Origin: an uncultured Eubacteriales bacterium
GTDB lineage: Bacteria > Bacillota > Clostridia > Peptostreptococcales > Anaerovoracaceae
Assembly (NCBI GenBank): GCA_902760855.1
Contig: CACWIO010000001.1
Location: 1-51,872 of the forward strand
Direction: 5' to 3'
DNA length: 51,872 nt
Made by a program: the position numbers and the translations under genes. A model generated the notes under the pieces. That model was not told where the DNA came from. It searched no databases and saw only the letters and a list, made by a program, of their open reading frames with translations. Positions 10,410 to 19,776 of the stretch are shown in pieces (within the stretch, counting starts at the first letter, position 1; every line of letters starts with the position of its first letter).

Positions 10410-12013
10410 TATGCTTCCTCCTTCCTTTCTCTCTCAACATCGACAACTTCGGATTCCTCAATCTCGCTTGTGTTGGCATCAACCGTGAGATTTCTCTTGG
10501 CGCCAGCCATGTAGAGACCGAGCTCCTCAACTGTAGTCTTCTTAGGATCGAGTTCTCCGACCAGCTCTCCCTCGTACATAACGAGTATCCTGTCCGGTAC
10601 GTTCATTACTTCTTCGAGTTCGAGTGATACGAGGAGAACCGCTCTGCCGTTATCTCTCTCGGCAATCAGATTTCTGTGGACTCCCTCGATAGCTCCGACG
10701 TCGAGGCCTCTTGTCGGCTGAACCGCGACGAGGAGTTTATGTTCTTTATCTACCTCACGAGCGATAATAGCTTTTTGCTGGTTACCGCCGGACATAGCAC
10801 GGGCTATAGTGATAGGGCCCTGTCCGGATCTTACATCATGCTCAGCCTCAAGTTTTTCGGAGTATTCACGGATTTCCTTTCTCTTCAGGAAACCGGCTCC
10901 GGATGTGAAATCAGGCTCGAAATATCTCTGGAGCACCATGTTGAACTCGAGAGGATAATCGAGAACGAGGCCGTGTTTATGTCTGTCCTCAGGAATATGC
11001 GACATACCGTGGGTGGCCCTGTGTCTGATGGATGTCTTGGTGATGTCTTCTCCGCAGAGAGTAATCTTACCGTCGACCAGCGGCTCAAATCCCGCAAGGC
11101 CGTAGACAAGCTCAGTCTGGCCATTGCCGTCGATACCCGCTATACATACGATCTCACCCTCGCGCACTTCGAAGCTTACATTCTTAACTGCGTTGTTGGA
11201 GTGAAGCTTGGAGGCGACAGTCATGTTTTCAACTTTGAGAATTGATTCTCCCGGTTTGGACGGCTCTTTATCTACTGACATCTGAACGTCTCTGCCGACC
11301 ATCATTTTGCTCATCTCTTCTTTGGAAGTAGTCGCAACGTCAACGGTTCCGATGTACTTACCTCTGCGAAGAACAGAAACTCTGTCTGCAACCTCTTTGA
11401 TTTCGTTTAGTTTGTGGGTGATAAATAGTATTGATTTTCCCTCTGCCGCAAGATTCTTCATGATAATCATGAGTTCGTCGATTTCCTGCGGAGTCAGGAC
11501 AGCTGTCGGCTCATCGAAGATAAGGATTTCATTATCTCTGTAGAGCATCTTCAGGATCTCTGTTCTCTGCTGCATTCCGACCGTGATATCTTCGATCTTT
11601 GCATCCGGGTCTACCTGCAGGCCGTACTTTTCGGAGAGCGCTATTACCTTCTCTCTGGCCTCATCCATCTGGAGCACACCATTTTTGGTGGTCTCAACTC
11701 CGAGGATGATGTTCTCGAGTACGGTGAAACATTGAACGAGTTTGAAGTGCTGATGAACCATTCCGATGCCGAGGTCATTAGCATCATTAGGATTGTTAAT
11801 CTTGACCTCTTTTCCATCCTTCTTAATTACCCCTTCTTCGGCTTGATAGAGTCCAAAGAGTACGGACATAAGAGTGGACTTGCCGGCACCATTCTCACCA
11901 AGCAAGGCGTGAATCTCGCCTTTCCTTAATTGCAAGGTGATGTTGTCGTTAGCAATGATGCCGGGGAATCGTTTGGTGATGTTCACCATTTCTATGGCAT
12001 ATGCTGTGTCCAT
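10409..12013 (-). CDS. ABC transporter ATP-binding protein with duplicated NBDs (sugar/nucleoside importer type)
   Basis: Walker A GENGAGKST, Walker B ILIFDEPT, a second NBD with GIDGNGQTE, and signature MSGGNQQK. Confidence 0.9.
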   Translation of the reverse strand: MDTAYAIEMVNITKRFPGIIANDNITLQLRKGEIHALLGENGAGKSTLMSVLFGLYQAEEGVIKKDGKEVKINNPNDANDLGIGMVHQHFKLVQCFTVLENIILGVETTKNGVLQMDEAREKVIALSEKYGLQVDPDAKIEDITVGMQQRTEILKMLYRDNEILIFDEPTAVLTPQEIDELMIIMKNLAAEGKSILFITHKLNEIKEVADRVSVLRRGKYIGTVDVATTSKEEMSKMMVGRDVQMSVDKEPSKPGESILKVENMTVASKLHSNNAVKNVSFEVREGEIVCIAGIDGNGQTELVYGLAGFEPLVDGKITLCGEDITKTSIRHRATHGMSHIPEDRHKHGLVLDYPLEFNMVLQRYFEPDFTSGAGFLKRKEIREYSEKLEAEHDVRSGQGPITIARAMSGGNQQKAIIAREVDKEHKLLVAVQPTRGLDVGAIEGVHRNLIAERDNGRAVLLVSLELEEVMNVPDRILVMYEGELVGELDPKKTTVEELGLYMAGAKRNLTVDANTSEIEESEVVDVERERKEEA

Positions 12014-12130
12014 AAGTGCAATTCCTCCGTCTCATATAACAAGAAAAAACCTATTTATATATGGCATAATTTTAACAGAAAAACGGCTCTCTAACAATAA
12101 TATCCATGCCCTTTCAACGCTGATTAAGAG

Positions 12131-12161
12131 AATAAAAAGCGGCCTCTGATGAGACCGCTTT
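12131..12161 (-). terminator. Intrinsic terminator/attenuator between the binding-protein gene and the ATPase gene
   Basis: The - strand reads AAGCGGTCTC-atca-GAGGCCGCTT followed by TTTTTATT. Confidence 0.65.
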
Positions 12162-12185
12162 GGGTATCAAATGTGGCTGTCTGAG

Positions 12186-13346
12186 TTAGCCTTTGATTGT
12201 TCCCTGATCATCTACAGTGATCTTAGTAACTGCAGGAATGCTCTCGATTTCGCTTGAAACTTTTCTTGTTCCATCGAAGAGTTCCTTAACCAGTGTGTTG
12301 TAGTCAGCTTCCTGGAAGCCGTCAGCCCACTGAGTTGTTGTCGGCAGCTGTACATAGTTTTCAGCAGGTGTTTCGGATACGAGACCGAGGTTCTCGATCT
12401 TACCCTTGTAGTTATCCCAATTGCCCTCGCTGATAGCACCGAGGAGAGTCTTAACTGTAGGAGCGAGACCCTTCATAGCTGAAGTAACTGTCATGCCCTC
12501 TCCGTAAGCTCCGTCGATGATTCCGGCCTGGTCTACGTCTACTCCGATTACCTTGCCGCCTGTCTTAACAGCAGCCTCAGCTGCGGATGTGTAGATTCCG
12601 CCGCCGCATGCGAATACGCACTGTGTACCTGCGCCGTACCATGTGTCCATCTTAGCTGTGATATCAGCATCTCCGAAGAACTGTCCGCCGTATACGTACT
12701 TAATCTCTACGCCGTCAACTTCTCCCTCTGTAGCAGCAGCCTCAGCGCCCTGTACGAATCCGTGTCCGTATCTCTGTACAGCAGGTACTGCCATTCCGCC
12801 GAGGAATCCGAGCTTGGTGTATCCGAGCTTAACAGCAGCATATCCTGCCATGTAGCCGGCGAGCTCTTCCTGGTATACGGCACTGTATACGTTAGCGCCT
12901 TCGAATTCTCTTGTTCCGTATGCAGTCAGGTCACCCTCACTTACGTCGAGAGCTACGAACTTAACATCCGGATAAGTAGGTGTTACATCATAGATAGCCT
13001 GAGCAAATGCGAATCCTGGCATTACGATTACGTTGTAACCTTCCTCAATAGCCTCTTCCATTGAAGCCTCTCTGTCAGCGTCAGCATCGGATGCAGGTTT
13101 CTTGTATGTGAACTCGATTCCGTTTGCTTCGCAGAACTCTTTGCAAGCTTCGTAAGTTGTCTGGTTGAATGACTGGTCGTTGATGTCACCGTAGTCAGTT
13201 ACCATTGCAACCTTTACTTCTGATGCAGCTGCTTCCTCTCCGCCTTCCTCTGCAGGGGCCTCAGCTCCACCTTGATTTCCTCCTCCACAAGCTGCGAGTA
13301 CGAATACCATTACAGCTGCGAGGAGCATCATAAGAAATTTCTTCAT
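12186..13346 (-). CDS. BMP-family (PnrA/Med-like) nucleoside-binding lipoprotein
   Basis: Signal peptide with lipobox (VLAAC GGG) and a low-complexity linker. The body matches BMP family style (VAMVTDYGDINDQSFNQ...). It heads the ABC operon. Confidence 0.85.
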   Translation of the reverse strand: MKKFLMMLLAAVMVFVLAACGGGNQGGAEAPAEEGGEEAAASEVKVAMVTDYGDINDQSFNQTTYEACKEFCEANGIEFTYKKPASDADADREASMEEAIEEGYNVIVMPGFAFAQAIYDVTPTYPDVKFVALDVSEGDLTAYGTREFEGANVYSAVYQEELAGYMAGYAAVKLGYTKLGFLGGMAVPAVQRYGHGFVQGAEAAATEGEVDGVEIKYVYGGQFFGDADITAKMDTWYGAGTQCVFACGGGIYTSAAEAAVKTGGKVIGVDVDQAGIIDGAYGEGMTVTSAMKGLAPTVKTLLGAISEGNWDNYKGKIENLGLVSETPAENYVQLPTTTQWADGFQEADYNTLVKELFDGTRKVSSEIESIPAVTKITVDDQGTIKG

Positions 13347-13376
13347 CTTGATCCTCCTAAAACATAAGTTATTCTA

Positions 13377-13411
13377 GAAAAAATGATTCGTGGGCTTGGA
13401 TTTCCCTCGAA
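13377..13411 (-). promoter_or_regulatory. Terminator-like hairpin in the 5' leader of the BMP operon
   Basis: The - strand hairpin TTCGAGGG-aaatccaa-GCCCACGAA (plus-strand 13387-13411) is followed by TCATTTTTTCT, about 30 nt upstream of the RBS and ATG (13346). Confidence 0.4.
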
Positions 13412-13556
13412 TACCCGTTGCCCCAATTATAGACCATGAACACTTAAAATAAAAGAAATAATCTCCAAAAAAGCATAATCAAAAGATGCAAAAAAGCTAC
13501 CAATAATTGATGATAGTGTATAATAATCTTGCACATATTAATTGAAAGGAATAGAC

Positions 13557-14141
13557 ATGGCTAAACTATATTTTAAGTACGGGGCGATGGGATCTTCGAA
13601 GTCCGCTCAGGCCCTGATTACGAAGTTCAACTATGAAGAAAAGGGCATGACAGTCTGGCTGATCAAACCCGGCACCGACACTCGCGACGGAGCGGACATC
13701 ATCAAGAGCCGCATAGGTCTCAGCCAAAAGGCTCAGATAATCTCGCCTGAGCAGGATATCATAGAGGCTTATCATGAAGTCGGCAATTACGATGTCATCA
13801 TCGCAGATGAGGCGCAGTTCCTGACGCCGGCTCAGATAGAGCAGCTCAGAAAACTCGTCGATGCCGAGGATATTCCGGTGCTTTGCTTCGGCCTCAGGAC
13901 GGACTTTCTCACTCATTTCTTCCCGGGCGCACAGAGACTTATGGAGCTTGCCGACTCGATCACCGAGATCAAGACCATATGCGAGTGCGGCAGGAAGGCT
14001 ACTGTAAATGCGAGATTCGATGACAGCGGCCGCATAGTGACTCAGGGAGACCAGGTCGTGCTCGGCGGAAACGACAGATATACCGCAATGTGCCATAAAT
14101 GCTGGACTGACAGAATCAAAGAACAGAAATTGGGGCGTTAG
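13557..14141 (+). CDS. tdk: Thymidine kinase
   Basis: MAKLYFKYGAMGSSKS (P-loop) and the C-terminal Zn ribbon CECG...CHKC. The start is moved to the ATG at 13557, behind AAAGGA. Confidence 0.9.
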   Translation: MAKLYFKYGAMGSSKSAQALITKFNYEEKGMTVWLIKPGTDTRDGADIIKSRIGLSQKAQIISPEQDIIEAYHEVGNYDVIIADEAQFLTPAQIEQLRKLVDAEDIPVLCFGLRTDFLTHFFPGAQRLMELADSITEIKTICECGRKATVNARFDDSGRIVTQGDQVVLGGNDRYTAMCHKCWTDRIKEQKLGR

Positions 14142-14142
14142 T

Positions 14143-15096
14143 ATGGATAAAGATAAATATGTAGTTGTCATCGGAGCAGCAAACATAGACATAGGAGGCA
14201 CTCCGACCAATCCGCTTATTCCGGCGGACTCAAATCCCGGGCGCATCTCAATTAACTACGGAGGGGTTGCCCGCAACATCGCTCACAATCTCTGCTTGCT
14301 CGGAGTGAATGTAAAATTCATAACGGCAATCGGAGGAGATGTGCTAGGCGCGGATCTGATTAAACATTGCGAGGATGTCGGCATGGATACTTCGTTCGTG
14401 CTTAAGATTCCGAGTGAGACTTCTTCCATGTACCTTTATGTAAATAATGAAAACGGAGACATGGACGTGGCCATAGACCACATGACGATTTGCAGCAAAA
14501 TCACGCCGGAGTATATAGATTCGATTGCCGATGTATTTAACGGAGCAGAAGCAGTAATAGCAGATGCAAATTTACCTTTCGAATCTTTTATGGCTCTTAA
14601 GAAAATTTGCAAAGTCCCTATTTACATAGACCCTGTGTCTACAGCTCTCGCAGAGAGGATAAAGCCGGGGCTTGAAGGCATCGACACCATCAAACCTAAC
14701 ACCCTCGAGGCTGAGCATCTGACCGGCATGACAATTAAGACCGAAGCTGACTACAGGGCAGCGGCAACTGCCATATTGGACATGGGAGTCCGCCGCGTCT
14801 TTATGTCGATGGGAGACGAAGGAATGATCGCAGCCGACCGTAACAATATGTATATAGTCAGCGAATATCCTGCTGATGTGGTATGCACGACAGGCGCCGG
14901 CGACTCGGCAACCGCCGCAATAGTCTGGGCATCGACTGTGCTCGCAGATCCTCATTCTCTGGTCGCAGCCGCCAAGGCCGCAAATGTTGTAGCCTCCATG
15001 ACAGTATCGGTACAGGAGACAAATAATCCTCATCTCGATCACCAGACGGCACTCGATAAAATAATAGAATCAAATATGACAGTAAAAGAAATTTAG
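14143..15096 (+). CDS. psuK: PfkB-family kinase, probable pseudouridine kinase
   Basis: VVIGAANIDIGG N-terminus and TGAGDS anion-hole motif. It is immediately followed by psuG. Confidence 0.7.
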   Translation: MDKDKYVVVIGAANIDIGGTPTNPLIPADSNPGRISINYGGVARNIAHNLCLLGVNVKFITAIGGDVLGADLIKHCEDVGMDTSFVLKIPSETSSMYLYVNNENGDMDVAIDHMTICSKITPEYIDSIADVFNGAEAVIADANLPFESFMALKKICKVPIYIDPVSTALAERIKPGLEGIDTIKPNTLEAEHLTGMTIKTEADYRAAATAILDMGVRRVFMSMGDEGMIAADRNNMYIVSEYPADVVCTTGAGDSATAAIVWASTVLADPHSLVAAAKAANVVASMTVSVQETNNPHLDHQTALDKIIESNMTVKEI

Positions 15097-15108
15097 AAAG
15101 GCACATAT

Positions 15109-16026
15109 ATGAATAAGTTCTTAGATATTAAAGATGAAGTAGCAGAGGCTATAGCAAACGGAAGACCGGTGGTGGCTCTTGAATCCACAATTATTTCGCA
15201 CGGCATGCCTTATCCGCAGAACGTAGAAACCGCTCTTAAAGTAGAGCAGGTGGTAAGAGATAACGGCGCAGTTCCCGCAACTATCGCAATTATAGGCGGC
15301 AGACTCAAAGCTGGACTGACAGAAGAGGAGATAGAATACTTCGGAAAGAAAGGACCTGAAATTCTCAAGGCTTCTCGCCGCGACCTCGCAGCTATATGCG
15401 CACGCGGACTCGACGGTGCATGCACGGTAACTACCACTATGATGATTGCCCACATGGCAGGTATTAAGATATTCGCCACGGGCGGAATCGGAGGAGTTCA
15501 TCGCGGAGCCGAGACTACTATGGATATTTCTGCGGATCTTGAAGAGCTCGCAAAGACTCCTGTTATGGTTGTTTGCGCGGGATGTAAATCAATACTCGAT
15601 ATTGGTCTTACTCTTGAATATCTCGAAACTCACGGTGTTCCTGTTTTATCTGTCGGAACCGAAGATTTCCCGGCATTTTATACATCTAAGAGCGGCTTCA
15701 AATCTGACTACAGAGTGGATACTCCTGCGGATCTCGCCGCAATTTATAAGGCTTCGAGAGATATGAATCTCAAGGGCGGAATATTGGTCGGAAATCCTAT
15801 ACCTGATGAATATTCTATGGATCCGGATGTAATTAATCCGGCAATCGATGCGGCAATCGCAGAGTGCAATGCTCTCGGAATAAAAGGAAAAGAGACCACA
15901 CCGTTCCTGCTCGCAAAGGTTAAAGAGCTCACAGGCGGAGACAGTCTCGATTCAAATATCCAGCTGGTATTCAATAATGCGAAAGTCGCAGCGCAGACCG
16001 CAGTCGAACTTTCAAAACTTTTTTAA
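15109..16026 (+). CDS. psuG: Pseudouridine-5'-phosphate glycosidase
   Basis: VALESTIISHGMPYPQN and GGIGGVHRG are typical of the YeiN/IndA family. Confidence 0.88.
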   Translation: MNKFLDIKDEVAEAIANGRPVVALESTIISHGMPYPQNVETALKVEQVVRDNGAVPATIAIIGGRLKAGLTEEEIEYFGKKGPEILKASRRDLAAICARGLDGACTVTTTMMIAHMAGIKIFATGGIGGVHRGAETTMDISADLEELAKTPVMVVCAGCKSILDIGLTLEYLETHGVPVLSVGTEDFPAFYTSKSGFKSDYRVDTPADLAAIYKASRDMNLKGGILVGNPIPDEYSMDPDVINPAIDAAIAECNALGIKGKETTPFLLAKVKELTGGDSLDSNIQLVFNNAKVAAQTAVELSKLF

Positions 16027-17126
16027 TTCATTCTAATAGGAAGAATTAGATAATTATATTTGTCGCCTTTTAGAGGACTTATGATGCATGGGCTTACGCT
16101 ATCTTTGAAGTTTATCTTTATTTCTTCTTCATCGATTACGGAAAGTGCATCCTTTAAGTATTTGGAATTGATTCCAATATTAAGGTCCTCTCCCTCATTT
16201 ATTATTTCAACCTTCTCTTCAATATTTCCTTCTTCATTTAGTGATGTGATATACATCATATCCTTTTGAATATTGAATCTGATGAGATTATTGTTTTGAA
16301 CTGATGCCAGAAGTGATGCTCTCTCAGTGCTCTTGAGAAGATCATCTCTTTTAACTCTAATGTTAATTTCTCCTACTCTGCTGAGAAGTCTTTCATAATC
16401 TATGAATTTGCCGGAGAATGTATTGATAGTAACTTTGTTATTATCGAATTTCATAATAACTTTATTATCTACTATTTCAAAGCTGAGTTTATCCTCTCCC
16501 TCGGCATCCATAATCTTGGCTGTTTCATTTATAAGCTTTGCAGGAATGATAACTCTTACATCCTGATTTTCATTTACTTCTATTTTGTATGTGGCAATTC
16601 TGAACGGATCTACTCCTACCATTCTCATAAATCCATCTTTTATCTCAAGAAGAACTCCGGTAAGTATGAGATTTATATCATCTGTAGATGCACTGAATGC
16701 TGTCTTTCTTATAAGAGTCTTAATATCTTCTTTACTTAGAATGATTTCATTATGTCCTTCATTCAATTTTATTTTAGGATAATCGTCTCCTCTGAAACAT
16801 ATGAGCTCTGAATTAGAACCTGCACATTTAATATTGAGTTTCCTGCTTTCATTATTGAAATCAAGCATTATATCTTCATCAGGAAGTTTATTGATAATTG
16901 CAGAGAAGAGTTTGGCCGGTACTACAAATTCACATGCCTCATCTGATTGCACTTTTATATTAGTTTCGATAGTAATATTGGTATCTGTTGCTGTGAGTTT
17001 CATATTATTATCCAAAACATTTATAAGAATTCCTTCAAGTATATTAGAAGTAGTTCTTACAGGAACAGAATGAGATACATTGTTAAGTGCTTTGTTTAGA
17101 TCATTTCTGCTGCAATAAATCTTCAT
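16023..17126 (-). CDS. dnaN: DNA polymerase III beta sliding clamp
   Basis: 367 aa with N-terminus MKIYCSRNDLNKALNNVSHSVPVRTTSNILEGILI, located directly downstream of dnaA. It is very AT-rich. Its stop codon overlaps the psuG stop (16023-16026). Confidence 0.9.
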   Translation of the reverse strand: MKIYCSRNDLNKALNNVSHSVPVRTTSNILEGILINVLDNNMKLTATDTNITIETNIKVQSDEACEFVVPAKLFSAIINKLPDEDIMLDFNNESRKLNIKCAGSNSELICFRGDDYPKIKLNEGHNEIILSKEDIKTLIRKTAFSASTDDINLILTGVLLEIKDGFMRMVGVDPFRIATYKIEVNENQDVRVIIPAKLINETAKIMDAEGEDKLSFEIVDNKVIMKFDNNKVTINTFSGKFIDYERLLSRVGEINIRVKRDDLLKSTERASLLASVQNNNLIRFNIQKDMMYITSLNEEGNIEEKVEIINEGEDLNIGINSKYLKDALSVIDEEEIKINFKDSVSPCIISPLKGDKYNYLILPIRMN

Positions 17127-17305
17127 GATGATGCCTTTCTATTATTATTAAATAGTTAGTAGTTATAGTAGATATTGTGGAATATGTGGATAAGTCATGA
17201 ATGATATGAAAAATTCACTTTTTGAGAGAATTTTTTAAGTTAATATCTACCCTTATAAAAAATTAAAAAGATGTTGATAAAACATTTAGCTTCTTTCTTA
17301 AATAA
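17127..17305. other. oriC part 2 (dnaA-dnaN spacer): tandem DnaA boxes, TAG-triplet run and AT-rich stretch
   Basis: TGTGGAATA (17176-17184) abuts the perfect box TGTGGATAA (17185-17193), and TGTTGATAA lies at 17272-17280. TAG TAG TTA TAG TAG (17157-17171) sits 4 nt from the boxes. AT-rich runs lie on both sides. Confidence 0.7.
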
Positions 17306-18646
17306 TTATTTCTTACTTTGAAGCTTAACTTTTATAGTCTCTATATTTTCGGCAAGCTCATTATCGTATTTGAGAGCTGCTTCTATCTTTTCAACTGCAT
17401 GAATAACTGTTGAATAATGTCTGTTTCCGAAAATTTTACCTATCTTAGGTAAAGATAAATCAGTGGTTTCGCGGCAAATATACATTGCAACCTGGCGCGG
17501 AAGTGTGATTTCTGCGTTACGCTTCGGTGAATCCATATCGCCTATTTTGATTTTATAATGATTGGCAACTATAGATCTGATGCGCTCAGGTGCAATTGCC
17601 TGCTCATTATCGCTGATAATATCCTTTAGAATATTTTTGGCATTTTCTATAGTAATCTTCTCATCAAGAAGCTGTGATAATCCGATTACTCTGTTATATG
17701 CACCTTCGAGTTCTCTTATATTATCTTTAACCTGATCAGCAATCAGTGAGAATACATCGTTGATTTCCGGTGTAATTTCAATATCCGATTTCTCTGCCCA
17801 GCTCTTTAAAATTGCAAGTCTGGTTTCGAAATCAGGCGGCTGAATATCCGCAACCATATTCCATTGGAATCTCGTAATAAGTCTCTCATCTACACCATGT
17901 AGTTTAATAGGTGAGCAATCACTTGTAATTACTATCTGTTTATTATTCTGATACAGAGCTTCGAATGTATAGAAGAATTCTTCCTGTGTACTTTCCTTAC
18001 CTTCCAAAAATTGAATGTCGTCTATGAGAAGTACATCGAGCTTCCTGTATTTATTTCTGAATGAACGAGTCTTATTATCTTTGATTGCTGAGATAAGTTC
18101 ATTTGTGAACATCTCGGTAGAAACATAAAGGACTTTTGCTTCCGGGTTATTCTTAATAATATGTACACCGATAGCCTGCATCAGATGAGTCTTACCGAGA
18201 CCGGAACCTCCGTAAATAAAGAGAGGATTATAGACACTTCCCGGATCTTCGGCAACCGCGACAGATACCGCATGCGCATATTTATTGGAATTGCCGACTA
18301 TAAAATCGTCGAAGTTGTATCTTGGATTGAAGAGTTTCTCCTGAGTAACCGGGCTCTTTTTCCTTGATGTATCTATCTTGGTAGTTTCGTATTCCTTATC
18401 CTGCTTAATGATAACGCGGTATTTTTTATCCATGCAGTTATTGACTGCATTTTCGATCTGATTGACGTAGTGATCTTTAATATGATTAATAAGACTTGCC
18501 TCGTTGGGCCAGGCAAGATAAAAGATACCTGAATCTTCCTCAATGTGATGAATGTAGAGAGGAGCTATCCAGGTAGTGTAACTCAGATTATTAGTTGCGT
18601 CTTTGAGGGAATTAAGTATGGTCCCCCATATCTTGTTCTTATCCAA
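17306..18646 (-). CDS. dnaA: Chromosomal replication initiator DnaA
   Basis: Walker A GGSGLGKTHL, Walker B LLIDDIQF, and domain IV LPKIGKIFGNRHYSTVIHAV. I prefer the TTG at 18646 (GGAGAG RBS 6 nt upstream, giving MDKNKIWG...) over the ORF-track GTG at 18673. Confidence 0.93.
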   Translation of the reverse strand: MDKNKIWGTILNSLKDATNNLSYTTWIAPLYIHHIEEDSGIFYLAWPNEASLINHIKDHYVNQIENAVNNCMDKKYRVIIKQDKEYETTKIDTSRKKSPVTQEKLFNPRYNFDDFIVGNSNKYAHAVSVAVAEDPGSVYNPLFIYGGSGLGKTHLMQAIGVHIIKNNPEAKVLYVSTEMFTNELISAIKDNKTRSFRNKYRKLDVLLIDDIQFLEGKESTQEEFFYTFEALYQNNKQIVITSDCSPIKLHGVDERLITRFQWNMVADIQPPDFETRLAILKSWAEKSDIEITPEINDVFSLIADQVKDNIRELEGAYNRVIGLSQLLDEKITIENAKNILKDIISDNEQAIAPERIRSIVANHYKIKIGDMDSPKRNAEITLPRQVAMYICRETTDLSLPKIGKIFGNRHYSTVIHAVEKIEAALKYDNELAENIETIKVKLQSKK

Positions 18647-18673
18647 AATTACTCTCCAATGGTTTGTGAACAC

Positions 18674-18800
18674 ATTTTACATAAAATTATCCACATAGGT
18701 AAAGGCTAATTTTTATTGAAATTATAGATAGTAGACTTGGTCAAAAAAATAGTTATCCACATATTGTTGATAAAATTGTTAATAAGTTTTAGGCAACACT
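18674..18800. other. oriC part 1 (dnaA upstream): DnaA-box cluster
   Basis: Perfect TTATCCACA at 18687-18695 and 18753-18761, and TGTTGATAA (1 mismatch, reverse) at 18765-18773, in AT-rich DNA between the divergent dnaA and rpmH. Confidence 0.7.
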
Positions 18801-18892
18801 ATATATTGTGTATAACTTCCTTTTTGCATCTTATGTATTTTTTTATACACCAGATGAGAGGCCAAACTTGAGCCGCGCATGCAAAAGACTTA

Positions 18893-18921
18893 TTGACTTG
18901 CCCAATGCCTTAAATTATAAT
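18893..18921 (+). promoter_or_regulatory. rpmH promoter
   Basis: TTGACT (18893-18898), 17 nt, then TATAAT (18916-18921). Confidence 0.6.
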
Positions 18922-19011
18922 GTTTTGGTCTATGTGCTTTTGGAATTTAGAGAGCACAAAAAGAATTACTTACATTATATATCTATATATTTTGGACAAG
19001 GAGAAACAGAG

Positions 19012-19146
19012 ATGAAAAGAACATATCAGCCTAAAAAAAGGCAGAGACTCAAGGAACACGGATTCCGCAAGAGAATGGCAACAGCAAGCGGACGCAAGGT
19101 ACTGAAGAGAAGAAGAGCCAGAGGCAGAAAGTCCCTGACTGCATAA
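19012..19146 (+). CDS. rpmH: 50S ribosomal protein L34
   Basis: [44 protein letters not shown], 44 aa, behind a GGAGAA RBS. The ORF-track start at 18808 is a spurious extension. Confidence 0.97.
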   Translation: MKRTYQPKKRQRLKEHGFRKRMATASGRKVLKRRRARGRKSLTA

Positions 19147-19157
19147 TCTGACAGCCG

Positions 19158-19520
19158 ATGAGAGATCACAGCGAGCTTACTCTTAGAAATCAGAAGGACT
19201 TCTCCCGCGTATACAACAGGGGCAAGTCCAAAGGAAGCAGATTTGTGGTCGTATTGTACAGAAGAAACAATCTCGATTTCACAAGGACGGCCTTTGTGTC
19301 CAGCAAGAAAGTAGGCAATGCAGTTGAGCGCAATCGCGCCAGGAGACTGATGAAGGAAGCTTATCGCTCAATCAAAAACAAAGTAAAGAGCGGATATGAC
19401 ATAGTCTTCGTTGCAAGGAACACCATAAGCGGACATAAGGAACAGGAAGTAGAGCAGGTGCTCGAAAAAACACTCAAGGCTTGCGATCTCATAGGCGGCC
19501 ACTCAGATAAAACAAAATGA
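19158..19520 (+). CDS. rnpA: Ribonuclease P protein component
   Basis: 120-aa basic protein with [12 protein letters not shown] and [12 protein letters not shown] (RNR motif), downstream of rpmH. Confidence 0.9.
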   Translation: MRDHSELTLRNQKDFSRVYNRGKSKGSRFVVVLYRRNNLDFTRTAFVSSKKVGNAVERNRARRLMKEAYRSIKNKVKSGYDIVFVARNTISGHKEQEVEQVLEKTLKACDLIGGHSDKTK

Positions 19521-19744
19521 AAAAGAAAAACATAATCCAGCGCATTCTCATACTAATGGTGAGAGCATACCAAGTGGGGATATCCCCATTTCTCGGAGCT
19601 CACTGCAGATACACACCGACCTGCAGTGCCTACTTCATCGAAGCAGTAGAGAAATACGGAGCTCTCAAGGGAGGCTGGCTGGGCATCCGCAGGATACTCA
19701 GGTGTCACCCGGGAAGACCCGGCGGATACGATCCCGTACCTTAG
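19517..19744 (+). CDS. yidD: Membrane protein insertion efficiency factor YidD
   Basis: [31 protein letters not shown]...RILRCHP. The ATGA overlaps the rnpA stop. Confidence 0.9.
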   Translation: MKKKNIIQRILILMVRAYQVGISPFLGAHCRYTPTCSAYFIEAVEKYGALKGGWLGIRRILRCHPGRPGGYDPVP

Positions 19745-19776
19745 TAATCAGAAGAGTTTGAAAACGGAGATAATTG

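Noticed and set aside
18808-19011. Long N-terminal extension of rpmH in the ORF track
   Set aside because: L34 is a 44-aa protein. The extension covers the rpmH promoter (TTGACT-17-TATAAT) and leader.
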